Below are positions 13,858-28,700 of a stretch of DNA of 64,000 bases, piece after piece. Each line of letters starts with the position of its first letter. Position 1 is the first letter of the stretch. A program made the position numbers and the translations under genes. The notes below the pieces were generated by a model. The model had not been told where the DNA came from. It saw only the letters and a program-made list of their open reading frames with translations, and ran no database searches. Origin of the DNA: Perna viridis (taxonomy: Eukaryota); contig CM074519.1 of NCBI GenBank assembly GCA_037379345.1, positions 25,756,103 to 25,820,102 on the forward strand. Reading direction: 5' to 3'.

Positions 13858-14599
13858 GGACTCTAATGAGAGACAATTGACCTATATGATTTTACTTATA
13901 ACTTTTAACTTTACTTTCAGCTTACTCGCACTTGTTTTAGTTTATAATTGCTATTGATATATGAGCATATTCTCTTAAATTAGTATTTTATTATGTGTGG
14001 TGGTTTAATTTAAACCAATCAAGTAAATCATATTACCGTTCCATTAAAACCTGTTAATAAATGTATGTCACGAATTTATAAAACCAGAGAATTTATATCT
14101 ATCACAATGTTTAAACCAGTTAAAAATGTATTTCAAGTAAGTCAACTTCATTTATTTCACGATTTCATTTCAATCACTTTTTAAATATTTAAAAAAAGCT
14201 GAGTCTTGTTATCTGAACCGTTAAAAATAGTAATGACAGGTTTAAATTAAAGTGTATGCGTTTCTTCATTTGTGGTTCTGTTTTTATGCTTGTATGTTCT
14301 GTCGTCGTTTCATTCTTGTTCAATTGTTTGGCCGTGACTTGCTTTTCTGTTGTTTTTAATTTAATTTCGTTTTGTTTCTGTTCAAATTCTAAACCTTTTC
14401 AGCGTTACATATTTATTTCACTTTACATTTCGTAACATTTGTATTAAGATCAAACAAGCAAATTGTGATTACCAAATAAATCTACAGTTCCCGCCCCGAA
14501 TTTATTTCTTTTTTATTTATATCAAAGCTTACTGATATTTTACATTAAACTGATTTGTGCTTGATTTTGTATTTTATGTCCAGTATTTCTGTTTATTTG

Positions 14600-15750
14600 T
14601 AAGAGTCATCAAAGGAACCAAGATTTTAGCGGAAATCAAAAGGATGTTATCCAGGGACAAAGACCAGATATGGAAAACAGGCAAACACAACAAAGAACAT
14701 AAAGTAACTAAAATAATACATTCAAAGTAACAAAAGAAAATGAGCTGGTAGCATAGACCAAGTGCAACGGTAGGGTAAGCGTCCTTTTCTTTTAACTTTA
14801 ACAGGCATTTATTAGGGTGCTAAATTACCTGAGTATGGGTAATACATTCCACCACGGGAGTAACAAGTGTCGTGGTAAAACCGAAGACCCTCTTCTTTGA
14901 AAGATGTGAGTATATATAATTTGAAATAGGTTTGAGGATATGTTTTGTTTATTTAGCGATAGAGCGTTGACTCTTTGGATTCTTGTGCAGGTTTTGAATC
15001 CAATAAAATAGACTGTAGATCACAATCATCGTCATTAGTAAAGAAACCATAACCGGATAGTACGGATTTATGGTTTCCCCCTATCTCTTCTTTGGAGAGT
15101 GGGGTAACAGTATAGGTCTTATTACTGCTTTTATTTTCTACGTCTACTTACGATAATAAATATTATATGATGTAATGCGTCTTGCAGCCAAACACAATTT
15201 TCTTAAGGACTTTGCTTACTGGTACGACAACATACTTTGAAAACTGATGTAGCATTGACACTCATTGACCCACTTGAAACTTTCATACGTTTTGAAATGA
15301 AAGACCCCACAGCTTTTAAAAATTCAGGGAGTGAATCAATTGTTTCTTGTTCTCATTTTTATCCATTTGCTTGCATTATCCTCCACAGCATTCATAAGAA
15401 TCTGAATGTTATATTTACAATTTATGGAGCGTGATTCACGGTCCTTCGGCATTTAGAAATGATGTTACACAGAGATTCCTTTCCTGTAATGTTTACATCT
15501 CCCGTAATGCGTGACCAGAAAGACTATAGTTTTTGCAAGAACTATCAAGTGGACGTTTGTTCATTTGCCTAAAATTCTGGTATTTTACTTCTCGTTTGTC
15601 TGAGTTTTAGACGAAAGTAATAGGAGGGCATTGACTGCAATGTTATATTCTAACCATGTGAACATTGAATGTACTTCCAATCCCTTTTGCAACTTAGGTT
15701 AGGTTAAAAGACGTTCAATAATTAAAACATTTTTGTTTTAAAATAATTAT
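14600..15750 (-). mobile_element. Decayed Penelope-like retroelement (Naiad/Chlamys-type ORF fragments plus 3' terminal segment)
   Basis: Minus-strand fragments GH..ITGDVNI, KYVVVPVSKVLKKIVFGCKTHY and YWIQNLHKNP match PLE motifs GHVITGDL, VVPADKASNNIVFVCK and LYWIPKLHK. 14620-14790 matches the terminal segment seen at 38760-38940. Confidence 0.7.
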
Positions 15751-18700
15751 TGAGGATATTTATTGTTATTTTTACAATCTCTCTGCAATATATCACGTCC
15801 GAACAGTGAATTTTCTAAATAAAAATATCTATATATAATATTAATGATTAAAGTTCCACTGTCCCAAAACTATAAAATATACAGGTTGAATAGTTATAAA
15901 TTCGTGTTACATATCTTATTGTTTTTTTTTTGGTACACAGCAGATCACTCTAGATTTCCTGTCAAATATTCATGATTAACTACGCATACCAAAACAAAGT
16001 CTCACATTTGATAATCAAAGAATTTACACCATTTCAAGCAAAACAGATGATGTTGATCTCTATAAATGCTTTTTCTATTTGTTTGAACACGTCTATAATA
16101 TCTGTCTGTTTTTAAATACAGCATGTGAACCTCATTGCTTTATCTTATCAATAAAGGTATCAATTCTAACAACAGATTGCGCGGAAAAATCTGTATCCAT
16201 GAGATTATTGACACACAAATGACCTTTAATGTACGCTATTTGATTTCTGGTCAAGTAGAAAAATAACCGTTGGAAGGTCCATGGTCACAAAATTGTGACA
16301 TTCATACGATGTTAATGTTAAAAAACAAACATCGTATCAAAGCTGTTACGGAGTCTGTTAATCAAGGAGTTAATAGAAAAGTGTGTCTGGATCGTTTCTT
16401 CTAATTCTAATGTTTGTTTTTATAGATTGATATTGGTCAAAAGTTGATCGATTTATCAAGCATTTGACTATTTATGTTGTTCTTTTAGTTGACTATTTGA
16501 AGGTTTGAGCTTTCAGAAGTAGTGTTCTCTTCCCATGTTTGACATTACAAGTTTCATAATTGTGGCATTTGATACATGCATGTTACAGTTAGAATTATCT
16601 TGTTTATCGAAAATGAATTCAAGTTATTCATCATTTGTCGTATTTCCTGTTTCAAAGGTTTGACGTTATCTTTATGACTTTGAAGTTGTTTTGCTTGTTC
16701 GCAGAACTTCAACGTGTGACTGACATCTCCACAGATACTGCACGCCCTGATCTGAAAATTTTAGGTTACCAATCAAGTAGACTGTCACCGATTATCGACC
16801 AATTTATTACAATGTTGTGTTCCAGAATAGCCGCCACTCCTTTCGCAGAAAACATCATATGATAAGTATAGAGAGATGGTATGTACTACATACAATATCA
16901 CGCTCAAGCTCAGTCGTGGGTAAGCAATTTCTGCATTTCCGGAACGCTCGATTAAATTCATCAGAGGAGAGATTGTAGTATAGTCTTACGTCATTTTAAG
17001 AGACAACTTTACTGATAGACTTGAGATGTTTTTTTGATTATTGTTAATTAAGTAGATAATTTTTATGAAATATGAAGTTTTTTTTTAAAGAATTTTTTTT
17101 TCAAAATGTTTTGTCGGTTTACATAAAGTTAACGTTGACGTGTATACTATTCACTGAACACTCATAAAGTTTTGCATGTGTTTCATTTATATAAGAAAAC
17201 GGAAAGTACTAATGTGGTAGCAGTAAGTAATTTTAGTATAAACATGAATTCTTTACATAATAATCATAATTATATTTGTGCCCAAATATCAGATATCCCA
17301 TACTTGTTTTTTTTTTGTCCCTGCTTTACCATGTATTATGTTGGATATACAAAGAAATTTTATCAGAAAGATGATTATTAAGGATAAATTATGCTACACG
17401 AAGACTACATCTAAGCTATAAAAAACCTACTAAAATATCTTCTTCGAATTCAAATTTCACCTTAAATGAAATATCATTTACTACCTAATAGCTTATATAT
17501 TGTGAGCAATGTTAAAACGACAATTAAATTGATTACGGAACGTTAACAACTCAGAATAAATGTATGATTCAGCTTGTAATGTACCATTGCCACATCACAG
17601 CTAATGAAAGTATATGCCATACTTTTTTTAAAATATGTTTCTATTCTGTTTATTTTTGTCAAGCCATTACTATTTACAGTAATTGTCTTTGTGGTATATA
17701 CAAATCTCCTTTTTGAACTGTAATTGAAACTTTTAAGTAACATATATCCTGAGTGGTTTATTTCGCCAATATCAATTTCTTCAGAAAAGAGGAGAGTTTC
17801 ATGAACACCGTAAGATTTTGACGAGGTCATTCTGGCAAAAACGATTACCTTAGGCTGCTATCTACAGAAAAATAAAAATAAAATTACTGGGGTTAACTCA
17901 ATTGGAATGTAATGAGAAACGATATGCCTACCTTTCGAAAGGACATGAGGTCATTGTCTTTTCCCTATATTACAAGCGCTTAAGTTTGTTTGTGTGATGT
18001 GTTGTTTTTCTTGTCTTAGTATTTAATTCGATAGTTGGAATACTACACAAAGAATAATATAGTTTAAGATGTGATTGTACAGTATCATCTTCATATTTGG
18101 GGGAAAAACACTTCCTTAAATAGACAACAATGCACCCATAAAAACAATAACAAAACAAAAATTACTTTAACCTATGAAAATATATATGTAAACAAACTAA
18201 ACAATGGATTACCAGTAAGACGTTTAGGTTTACCCATTTGGTGATCCAAATTTTCAGACAAATTCTTTGCGGTTGATAAATGAGACTGATTTCTGCCATT
18301 CTGAATTTCGTGCATCAATACGTTTTCTAAAAACAAGATTTGTTTGCTTTGTTTGAGAACAATATTTTCAAGATTTGGATCTTTTCATCTTTTTCTTTTG
18401 AGAAATCTAATGCGCTTTCTATTGTAGATAAGAGTTCAACAATAGAAAATGCATACAAACAAAATTTAGAGACGAAAAAAGAAAAATAAAGAGGCCCAAA
18501 GACAAACACAATAACATTGTGCTTGTTACAATGAAGAGTTTATACAATGTATAGAAGGTAATATCTAATCTTAAATAACGGCTTAATTTCCATACAAAAA
18601 GCTATACGACAAGTAATCATTTTATTACTCAATTATAAGAATTCTATACTGTTCCCGGATTAATTTTGTGCGTTTATATTAGTATCTCCAAATGAAAGGA

Positions 18701-19767
18701 ATGACGAAAGGTCCGATAGTTATTTTTTTGTATTCACATCTTGTCGCACAATGTTATAACAAGAGCATTCATTTGTTAATTGGAACTAAATTTGGGACAA
18801 AATTAAGAAAAGTCCAAATAAAACTTTCAAAGACACTCTTCCATTTCATTTAAATGAAGTGACAACATTTCAAAAAATGATACTGCTTTTTTTTAACTCA
18901 AAAGTTATAAATATCTTACAACTTATTAATAAAATATTTGTATAATATGGCTTAAATAATAATATTTATGAAAAAATTGCTCATTACTTAATATGAATTT
19001 AGGCTATGGCTTTGAGGAAGGGAGTTTTAAGTACTAAAACACTTGACATGGCTATTAATGCACCTCTATTTTGTTATATTGCTGATGTCGAAAATTTGCG
19101 AGACTTCTTACAAAACATGCTGTGCGTCTGCGTTAAATGATAATACAATCACTTCATAAGTAATTTCCGAATTACGTCAATTCTGACAAAATGACGTTGA
19201 GCCATTTATGTTACAGACCATCTTAATATATCAAAGGTCGCTATCGCTCCGTTACTATTATTAATAACCACGAAATTTAATAACCCTAGAAATGATTCTG
19301 ACATAGAATTCGAAATCGTTAAACGCAAATAGTTTTTATCAATGATCTCACGAAAGTAGCGTACAGAAACGTAGGCGTGGAACTAAAAATTATGATTTCA
19401 TTTTCCCTTTTAAATGCCCTATCAGTGACAATTTTATTATAAAATATTATGTAATCTTCTGTACACATGACAAAGTAATATATCAATAGAATTGTTATAT
19501 TGTTCACTACATGTACTTAAAAGAAAGACACGACTTGTATAATTATCTGGCAATACAACAGATAACAAATGACACAATATCAGGACACTTGAATTTAACA
19601 ACAACCTAACACCTGACTGGTAAAATATGCTAAAAATTTATTTTCACCAGGTTAATCTCTCATAAAAAATTATCGTGAGCAAAATATTTAGTGACATTAA
19701 TTAATAGATCACTACTATTCATATTTTCAGATTTATTCTTTCAAAAGAGTTTTGGATATTGAAGGCA

Positions 19768-19780
19768 ATGGCCTTGATAG
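19768..19780 (+). CDS. LU-domain gene coding exon 1 (MALI-G)
   Basis: Acceptor ttttcag at 19730, ATG in gcaATGg context, donor gtaagt at 19781. Confidence 0.7.
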
Positions 19781-22700
19781 GTAAGTGTTTTCATATTATT
19801 CAATAATTTCAAGTAGATTTAAAATGAGGTGAGTTCTAAATGGATGTTGAAATGTCGAGGCTGAGATATCACACTAATATCATGCAATTTCGTTTTTTTT
19901 TTAAGATTTAAAACATTATTCATAAAGGTATATGTTCTACTATGAAAAAGATACATTATCATAAAGAAGTGAGTGAACAGACTCACCCACATAATAAAAC
20001 ATACACATTTTGTAGTACAGTAATAATGAAACAAACAAACAAAAAACAAAAAAAAACAAAAACAAAAACAAAAAAATCAACGTCCAAACCAAAGCTACCA
20101 GTATGTGTATATTACACAGAGAGTCACAAATAAGATATAATCTATGTAAATGTAAACGATTATTTCTCTCCAGGAATAATACTTTTGCTTGAGTTCTGCG
20201 GTGCAACATTGAGTAAGTATTGTAATACGATAGATTTTTCAACAAAACATACTATATTCAAAACGAAGAAATCCGACACAGCACAAAATTCTGCTCTATG
20301 AATATTCTCCATACGAACCTCCTTCTTGTCTGCAGATATCCACTTAAACAAATTTAATCCAAATGTGGCACAAAAATAGCTAAACCACTATATATAGACG
20401 TGCCGAACAATTTAAAAAATAAAAAAAGTATGTCGTTCAAACTTTAGAAAAATCGTCAGAATATAGGAAAGAAATCGTAGAAAGTACGTATACATACTTG
20501 GTATAAAAATAGGTCGCTATAATGGCTATCGATTCATAATATTCACGTTTAAATAATGGCCAGTTCAAAAAGATAATCAAAAAGTGAAGAAAAAAAATCA
20601 TCGAGGCGTCGAAAGTAATTTCTCCTATCGCAATGGGGGAACTGAGGGGAGCATCTGCTACGCTGTGCGCAGCAATTACTTATGATACATGAGAAGCGAT
20701 TTTTGTTGAGACAGTTCTTCGAACGCTACTGATTTATCAGTATTTGGCCAATCGAGAACAGAATTACGACCAGGTGACATATTTCTATAGAGGAGTGTCT
20801 GTAAAGTCAATGGATAAGGGCAGACATCTTGCTACGTGGGAAAAAAACTGTAGCCTCCGATGGTCAACCTCCCCTAATCTTTCTCTACTTATTTTTCACT
20901 TAAAATGAAATCAATTGTTTTTCTATACTTAAACGACATGACTAAAGTCTATTTTTGCTATGAAACTATTAATTTGACATCAATTTGCATAATTTAGTTC
21001 TTAATTTATTCCGTCATTTTCATTTTGTTTTGTAATTTGCAAGATGAAAAAAGTTACTTTATCAATTCAGGTTTAAAATGCATGTCCTGTAACTCTGCTT
21101 CTAACATTGTTGAGTGTATGGTTTATACGATGACTTGCAGTGACAATAATGAGGTGCGTGCATTATACATAACTACATATGAATGTATAAGAAACCAATA
21201 TCATCACTAAGTATGGAACTGTCATTAAGTAAACCGCTCTTCATAAAAATATGTTTGTATATTATTACCTTTGATCTCTGGTGAAAGTATGGTACGTTTA
21301 GCTTAAAATCGTCACTGACTTAAATGACATCATTTACCGTTTTAATTAAAAGTCCATACGCACTTAAAATTTGTGATGCTAATTAAGGTCGCTCCCTCAG
21401 CGGGTTGCAAGCCTTCTCTGTGTCCTCTGACATATATGGCAATACCGCCTGTACCAATGCTCTAGATCACTCGACTGACAAGGGTATTAAAAATATTGGT
21501 TTAATGGTTTTATCAACCGCTTGATACTTCCTTGTAAGTAAATCTAGAGCGTGAACATCAGTATATGATCTATTGGCGATTCATTGTGTAGGAAAATCTA
21601 CTGAATGGTCAATACTTTTTCAGTACACATATGCTATATTTTCATGAGATGATAGTCCTTCTTTATTCAGATCTTTTTTTTTTAGAAAACCTTACATTTA
21701 TCTCCTACTTAAATTAAACAAAATCAAACCAAAACAAGAATGAAAACTCTTTTAAAGTGCTCATTCTATACACATTCTACGTAAGATGTATCTCGTAAGC
21801 GTTTGCTTTGTCGAAATAACTATCATTCGCTCGGAGCAGTCGTTTACCTGTTCTACAATCCAAAACAGTCCACAGAGTTTACACCTGTGCACATAAACAC
21901 GTATTAGAACATTCATAAGCGTTATAAAAAGGTATGTACGGATCTTTAACAACCTTCTGCTTTGGTCATACTTTACGTCCGTCGAACTACGACTGTTTAT
22001 GTGGACTGTAACTGTTTCTGCACTTGAAACAAACCTGTTGGTTTTGGACATGCACCAATGATCTCCTATCTAATTTTTAAAATAAAAATCGCTACTAAAT
22101 ACACAACCTTCACCTGTCATAGATGACTAATTTCGTCAATACATTGACATAAATAGAACGTGTTTTTCTTGCAAGACGAAGGAACAGGTTATACATGTTA
22201 TATTTCAGAGCATTGAGATCATTGCGGTTTATAGTGTGTTTGATGCTTTTGTTTTCATCTTATTTTTAGTTCTTTTGAACTGTGTTATTCATTCTGTTTG
22301 TTTGTCCTTTTGTGGTTCCCGGCAATTTTCCTGATGATTTTCGTTTGGTTTCGATTACTTGTTCTTGAGTTTGTAATTCTGGCTACACCAACACCACACA
22401 CATCCCATCAAATTGAAGCCTCGTGAAAAATAAACGTTTCAAGGGTATAACATTGATTGTCGAATTTGAACCTTGAAAGGTTTAAAATACAGTAATTTAC
22501 GTTTCAGTTTGATTTTGTGTTCTTTGTATATTCCTTTCAAGCTACATGTTATATCAACAGGAATGTTTCTTGGATATAACTACTTTAGAGAGCTTGGAGA
22601 CAGCATACTCTGCAGGGTGCCGATCAAAAGCTGTAAGTAATAAAAAGACGTTACGAATGCATATGTTCTTCATTGTAAATGAAAATAAATCGTTGCATAA

Positions 22701-25700
22701 TATAACAAATGTATTTGTACACCTAAAATATTTCAGCAATCAAATTGAAATTACATTGAACTTGTCTTTCTATGTCAGGAACACATTCCTTTTCTGATTT
22801 TTAAGTGTTATAAAAGCGATATTTGTTTTTACTTTCCGTAAATCTGCAAGGTCTCTTTTGAAGAAAACTTCATAATCATTAAATGTAAACTAAACAAAAC
22901 TGTTATTTACTCTTTTTATTAAGTGTTTTTAACATTAAGATAATTTAAACTTTCCAGAAGTTTCGATTCAGCAGTAAATTGAGTATTCTAAAAATCTATA
23001 AACCAATGTGTGATGGCAAAATTGAAGGATCACCGAACTTATAGAAATATTGTATTCCTCCACACCTTCCTAGTTGTTGAAAACAATATATAATTATTGA
23101 CATGTGAACTATGAATGCTTGTAAGAATTATTCCAATTTGATATATGCAATCTCTGTGCAATTTAAAAGTGATGCTCATTTATAAATAGGTTTGTGATCT
23201 GATGGGATCATTGACTGGTAAAAGGAGTGTTGTGGCTTGTGCTCAGTGTTGTAAAAATCCACCTGGTACTGACGGTGCACCATGTAACGCCAGGCTTTGC
23301 AATGAAAGTAAGATTTATTTGAATTATTATTTTTTGAGTATGCCTTAGAACGCACATTATCTTAAAATGTTTTATTGTCCTATTTATCCATATCATGGAT
23401 TACAAAAATATTTCTATGTCTTAGCATTACTTTTCGTGCCAATTTTGAATTTCCGCACTATCATGTTTTTTTCATGCCATTGCATTAATCCCTTTCAACT
23501 GTACTTAACTGAAATGTTAGGTTTTATGACATACAAATCGCTCAGATGATATAAATCCCATTTTTGAACAAAAGACACGGCACGGTATCTAAAGTCTTTT
23601 CAATTGTTAGAGTTCCGATCATTTTAGTGTTCATCATACATATTCAATAAACAATATATCTAAGAAGAAAAACCTGTGCTAAAGTATTATTCAAGCCTCA
23701 TCACCACAACACTTAAAAAGAAAATTCAGTTTGAGAAGATTTTAACTATTAGTGACCTCATAAATTTACGTATTGATAGTTTTTCTTGATACTTTTTTGT
23801 CTCGAAAATATATAATATGGCTCATTGAAATGTAAATTGATAAGAGAAATACATTTAGAAGGACCTAGATAAAAAAGGAATTAGAGTGTTAAATCAGGTG
23901 TAGAAAAGATTGCAACGAAAATGAAATTTATAAAAGATTTTTGAAAATGATTTTTATAGGCATTAGAAAAGATTGCAACAATATAAAATAAAAGATTTTT
24001 TGAAAAAGTCAACAATGACAACAGACAACTACAATGAACACAAAGTGATGGCAATAGCTCACACTGACCTTCGTATCAGATGCGCTTTAAGATACGATGA
24101 GAAAACCAACCTCTTCTAACTAAATCCTGTTACACAGAGTGTTAGTTTAAAACGCCAGACTTTGATTAATATAAGTTTTAATTAATCTGAATTAAATATT
24201 ATCTATTGGAATAGAATGTAAACTTGACCTGTAACTTATCATTGCGAACTAATCATGTCATTATCTGCAAGCGTTGAAGGAAAAATCCTTAGAACGATTA
24301 TTTCTGTAAATTTCTGTAAAGTTCAAGGCCCATAATGTCAGTAAAACATCGAAGTGAAACCAAACACAAACTTGTATTGTAACTTATCACTTTTAATTTA
24401 TAATAAAAATCATGTCAATATCTGCAAATGTTCAGAAAACAATGTCAGGAAAACGGTTATATCTGTGAATTTTGATGATTACAGAGCCCGTAATTTCGGT
24501 AAAAATTATCGAAAAGTATACTTGTCCTTTAATTTATCATGGTGAACTTATTAACCAAAAAAAATTCAATATCTGCAAATGTTTAAAAAAAATTCCAGAA
24601 AACTTAAGATGGACTGAAGGACTGACGGTCAGACGGACGGGTCAAACATATTTTACCCTGCGCAACTGCATTGCGTGAGGCGTAATTATTTAAGCTCAGA
24701 TTTCTTCTCCCTTGAAATTAAGAGAACCTATATTCCATAACAGATGTAAAAGATTAGTACTGCTACTGGAGTTACGCACAATCAGGTGATAAAGGGCAAG
24801 TGATTCTTTACAATTACGACATACTGTAAGATGAAATATTGCATGAAATCAGTCAAGAACTTAAGCCAAAATTTTGTATGTCATTTGACCATAAGGTCAA
24901 AGGTCATGTTCAAAAGTCACACACCTTAATTGATACATGACACTCAACCTTGGCGTGAAATACACACATACCAAATGTCAGATATCTTAGTAAAATGGCA
25001 AAAAAGTTATGGCACAGGCAAAACTTTGGTAATATTTTGCCAAAATGTGTATCTTATATGACCATGAGGTCGACAGCTTATATTCAGGTAAAATTTCATC
25101 TATTCTGGTACGCAACACTCCACCTTGAGAGGATATACCAACATACTAAATATTAGAAGTCTAGGTCAAAAAGACAAAAAGCGTTATGGTATGGACAAAT
25201 TTTGTATGAATGGCGTCAAACTTTGGTATGTTATTTGAACATGAGGTCAAAAGTCAAGTTCAAATGTCAACCACCCTAGTATGTGGTGCCTGGCCTTCAG
25301 GTTTTATAATCCCATACCAAATATCATATGTCTAAGTGAAAAGACAAAACGATTTTAGCCCAGACAAATTTTTGTCTGGTATTTGGCCAAAATTTTGTAT
25401 GTCATTTGATCTTGGAGTTAAAGGTCAAGGTCAAAAGTAATCCTATCTTTAACATTACACTTTACCTTAATGTGATTTACTTACACACAAAAAAATCAGA
25501 TATCTTGGTAAAATGACAAACAGCAGTATGGCCAAGACAAAGTTTTTATGGTATTTTGCCAAACTTCTATGTATTTGTACTCGGGGCCAAAGGTCAAGGT
25601 CAAAGGTCACCCACCTAAAACATTACTCCCTGCCTTGGTGTGATATACTTAAATGCCCAAGGTCATGTATATAAGTAAAAAGACCTAATAATAATGGCTC

Positions 25701-28700
25701 AGATAAAATTATGTATCGTATTTTGCCAAAATTTGTATGTTATTTGACCTTGATGTTAAAGGTCAAGGTCAAAAGTTGACCACTCTGATATGCAACAATC
25801 TACCGTGAGAGGTTATACAAACTTACCAAATATTAGAAGTCTAGGTCTAAAGAAAAAAAAGTTATGGTCTGGACAAAATTTGTATGAAACACGTTAAGAA
25901 GAAGAAAAGTTCTTACAGGGGGTGATTTTGGGTGCAGATGAGCAAAAACAAAGATATTCTACATATTTTTATTTTTGATATGTTTCAGTGGAGAGCACCT
26001 ACTACACATCTATGCATACATTGTATTAATATCTTCTTGCTCTTGTTAGCAAAACGGGTCTGAACATAGCCTATTTTCGAACATTTCAAATTGTCAAAAA
26101 TGAAGAATTTTGGTTGCTGTGGTAACCAGATCTAAACCAATCTGATTGCTTTGTACTTTATTGTACATTGTTTTTAATAAGACATGCTTCATTAATATAA
26201 TTATGTAGTTTGACAAATTTCCACCATTATATACAAAAAATACATTCAAATTGTGATGTTTTTGTGTTTTTAGGCCTAAAATTGGTGGTTGCTAAGGAAT
26301 GGTCATTGCTATGGTTACGTTTCATTTTTTTATATCTATTCTTGTTTTTCCATTAAATCCTACATATTGCAAGTCAATGTGGTTCAAATGTCTGACATCG
26401 ATGAATCACCCACTGCATGATTCTTAGGTGAACTGCTACTTAAAACCATGATTCAAATGAAAAAAGTAATAATGCAACCCGCAACATTATAGGGCAATTC
26501 CTATGGTACACATTTTATAAAGGTATACATGTAATAGAGCCCGAATAGAGAAAGCATACAAAGTAATTTTAAACTCAATCGGAAAGTATATGGTCTTCCT
26601 GCCACAGGTATCCCTTACTTAACAGAAACTACATGGTATTTCGGGAGAAAAGGGGGAAATAGTTTTCCCTTTTATTTAAATAAAATAGCGAATACCTACT
26701 TTTTTTTTGTTATATAGAACCCATTGACAGTCGGACGTGTGGTATTTGTGATCGAGTTTCTGATCCGACGAAGTGCACAGTGTCACAAAGTTGTCAACCA
26801 CATGAGGTAAAGTTATAAACCATAAAACATGAAAAAATCACAAACAAAAAACAAGAATATGCACAATTTATTTTGAACTTCAATAACTTCCTTCTTTATT
26901 TTCACCTATCGCCACCCATAAACACACTACAAATGTAGCAATAATAGGTTTCACGGAATTAGAAATGATCCTAGACATATGCTAGGGTTTTGCAACTTGT
27001 ATTTGCAAATTTTCTGAGACCGGTTTATTGAGTTTCAGTGAATGATATACTATGATAAAAATATGAAATCGCTTCTTATAAATTTAGATGTCCATAAGCA
27101 TAATGTTAAATTTACCTAATGTCTGGTAGTTAGTGTCATTATTTCATTTCATAATTTCCCCATTGAAATATTCATGGAGATCATTTAAACGTTCCAAGAA
27201 GAAATACTATGAAATAACATATTGTGCACCTCCAATTTATCTTTAATCTTTTTTTATTACGGGAATAAGAACGTGGGCTTTACCGCTTACCCTATAGCTG
27301 AAAAAACGGTAGTTGAGTGGATTATATTGGCTTACATGCACCACTAACTTTTATACAGATGGTTGTGCTATTCGATCTTCGACTTTCACAACAATGAGAT
27401 ACACAACTTGCATGCATTTTTTTTTATCTGGGAAACACTTTCTTGAACACGGATGTATTTGACACTTTTTTGGTGAATCGTCATTAACATTAATTTATTT
27501 AAATAGATTGATAAATATCAGTAAAGTTCTAATCTATATAAAAGTCAGTCAGTGCCACTGGTAGGGGTAATTTATTGTGCAGGAAATCCTACAGCTCAAA
27601 CAATATCTTTAGGCTACATATGCTACATCGTATATTTTGACGTAACGATAGTTTTTTTTTCTGTAATCTGCATGTAAACACTCATTTCAATCTTAAATTA
27701 TTCAATCAAGAACGACGAACGATAATACTTGCAAAGCAACAATATCATACACAACCTGTATAATGTTTTTTTCTCTCGAAAGTGTAGCAAATTTAATTGC
27801 AGATCAAGAATGGCTATGTAGTAAAATAGAATTAGGTGGGTTACTGACATACTATGATGATTTGTCTTTTTTTTTGTTTTATATTTATAACGACTGCTAC
27901 TTAATGTGTCTTAGTGGTGCAAGGGTACTAACCTCTTGGTTATAGTTTCACTGATTCGGAAAAAAACTGCTTTAAACAATTTATGTATCAAAATGTTTCA
28001 TACACATTTTACTCCAAATATTAAAGCATACCAACTCTATAATAAGTTACTAACGTTTATCAGATATTGTATTTTTTACACCCGAAGTAATAATACGATA
28101 TATTTCAAATAATTTCTGTTTTACAATCAAAATGTTTCAACAAAAGACGTAAATATCCCGATTATTTGAAATAGACTTTTACGTAGTGATAAACAGCGCG
28201 TGACATTCCACGGGAACGTGGATTTAAATGCACCTGGGTATGTAGTATAGCAACACTCGTAAGGAATTTGTAAAGACGTGATCCTAGCCAATCATAGTCC
28301 TAGAAATTTACTATAACGGAGATGATTTGTTTTGTTTATTTTCAGATGTGTAAAATTGACCAGATATTTAGTGATGGAAACGTCATCTACCAGTTAGGCT
28401 GTGAATTGAAAACTGTATGTAAAATATTTCTGATTAAAATAGCATGCAAAGTTAAAAACATAGATTGATAGTGTGTTACACAAGTAAATAGATCGTAATG
28501 AATGAAATAGAGTGTATGGCTTGATTTTATAGCTACGCGGATTTGTCTTGGTATGTGGTTTAGGAATTATAACCTACAAAATATGTTTTGAATGTAAATA
28601 TAAAAAAAACACAATAATATCAATCAATCATCAAAATGACGGGCAAAGAGAAATAACGACATTTATGTTGCTTAAATTATTAATTTAACATCTGTCATCG

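Noticed and set aside
21761-22051. Minus-strand ORF similar to ORF 42342-42632
   Set aside because: The similarity comes from duplication of intron 3 of the LU gene; no splice or domain support.
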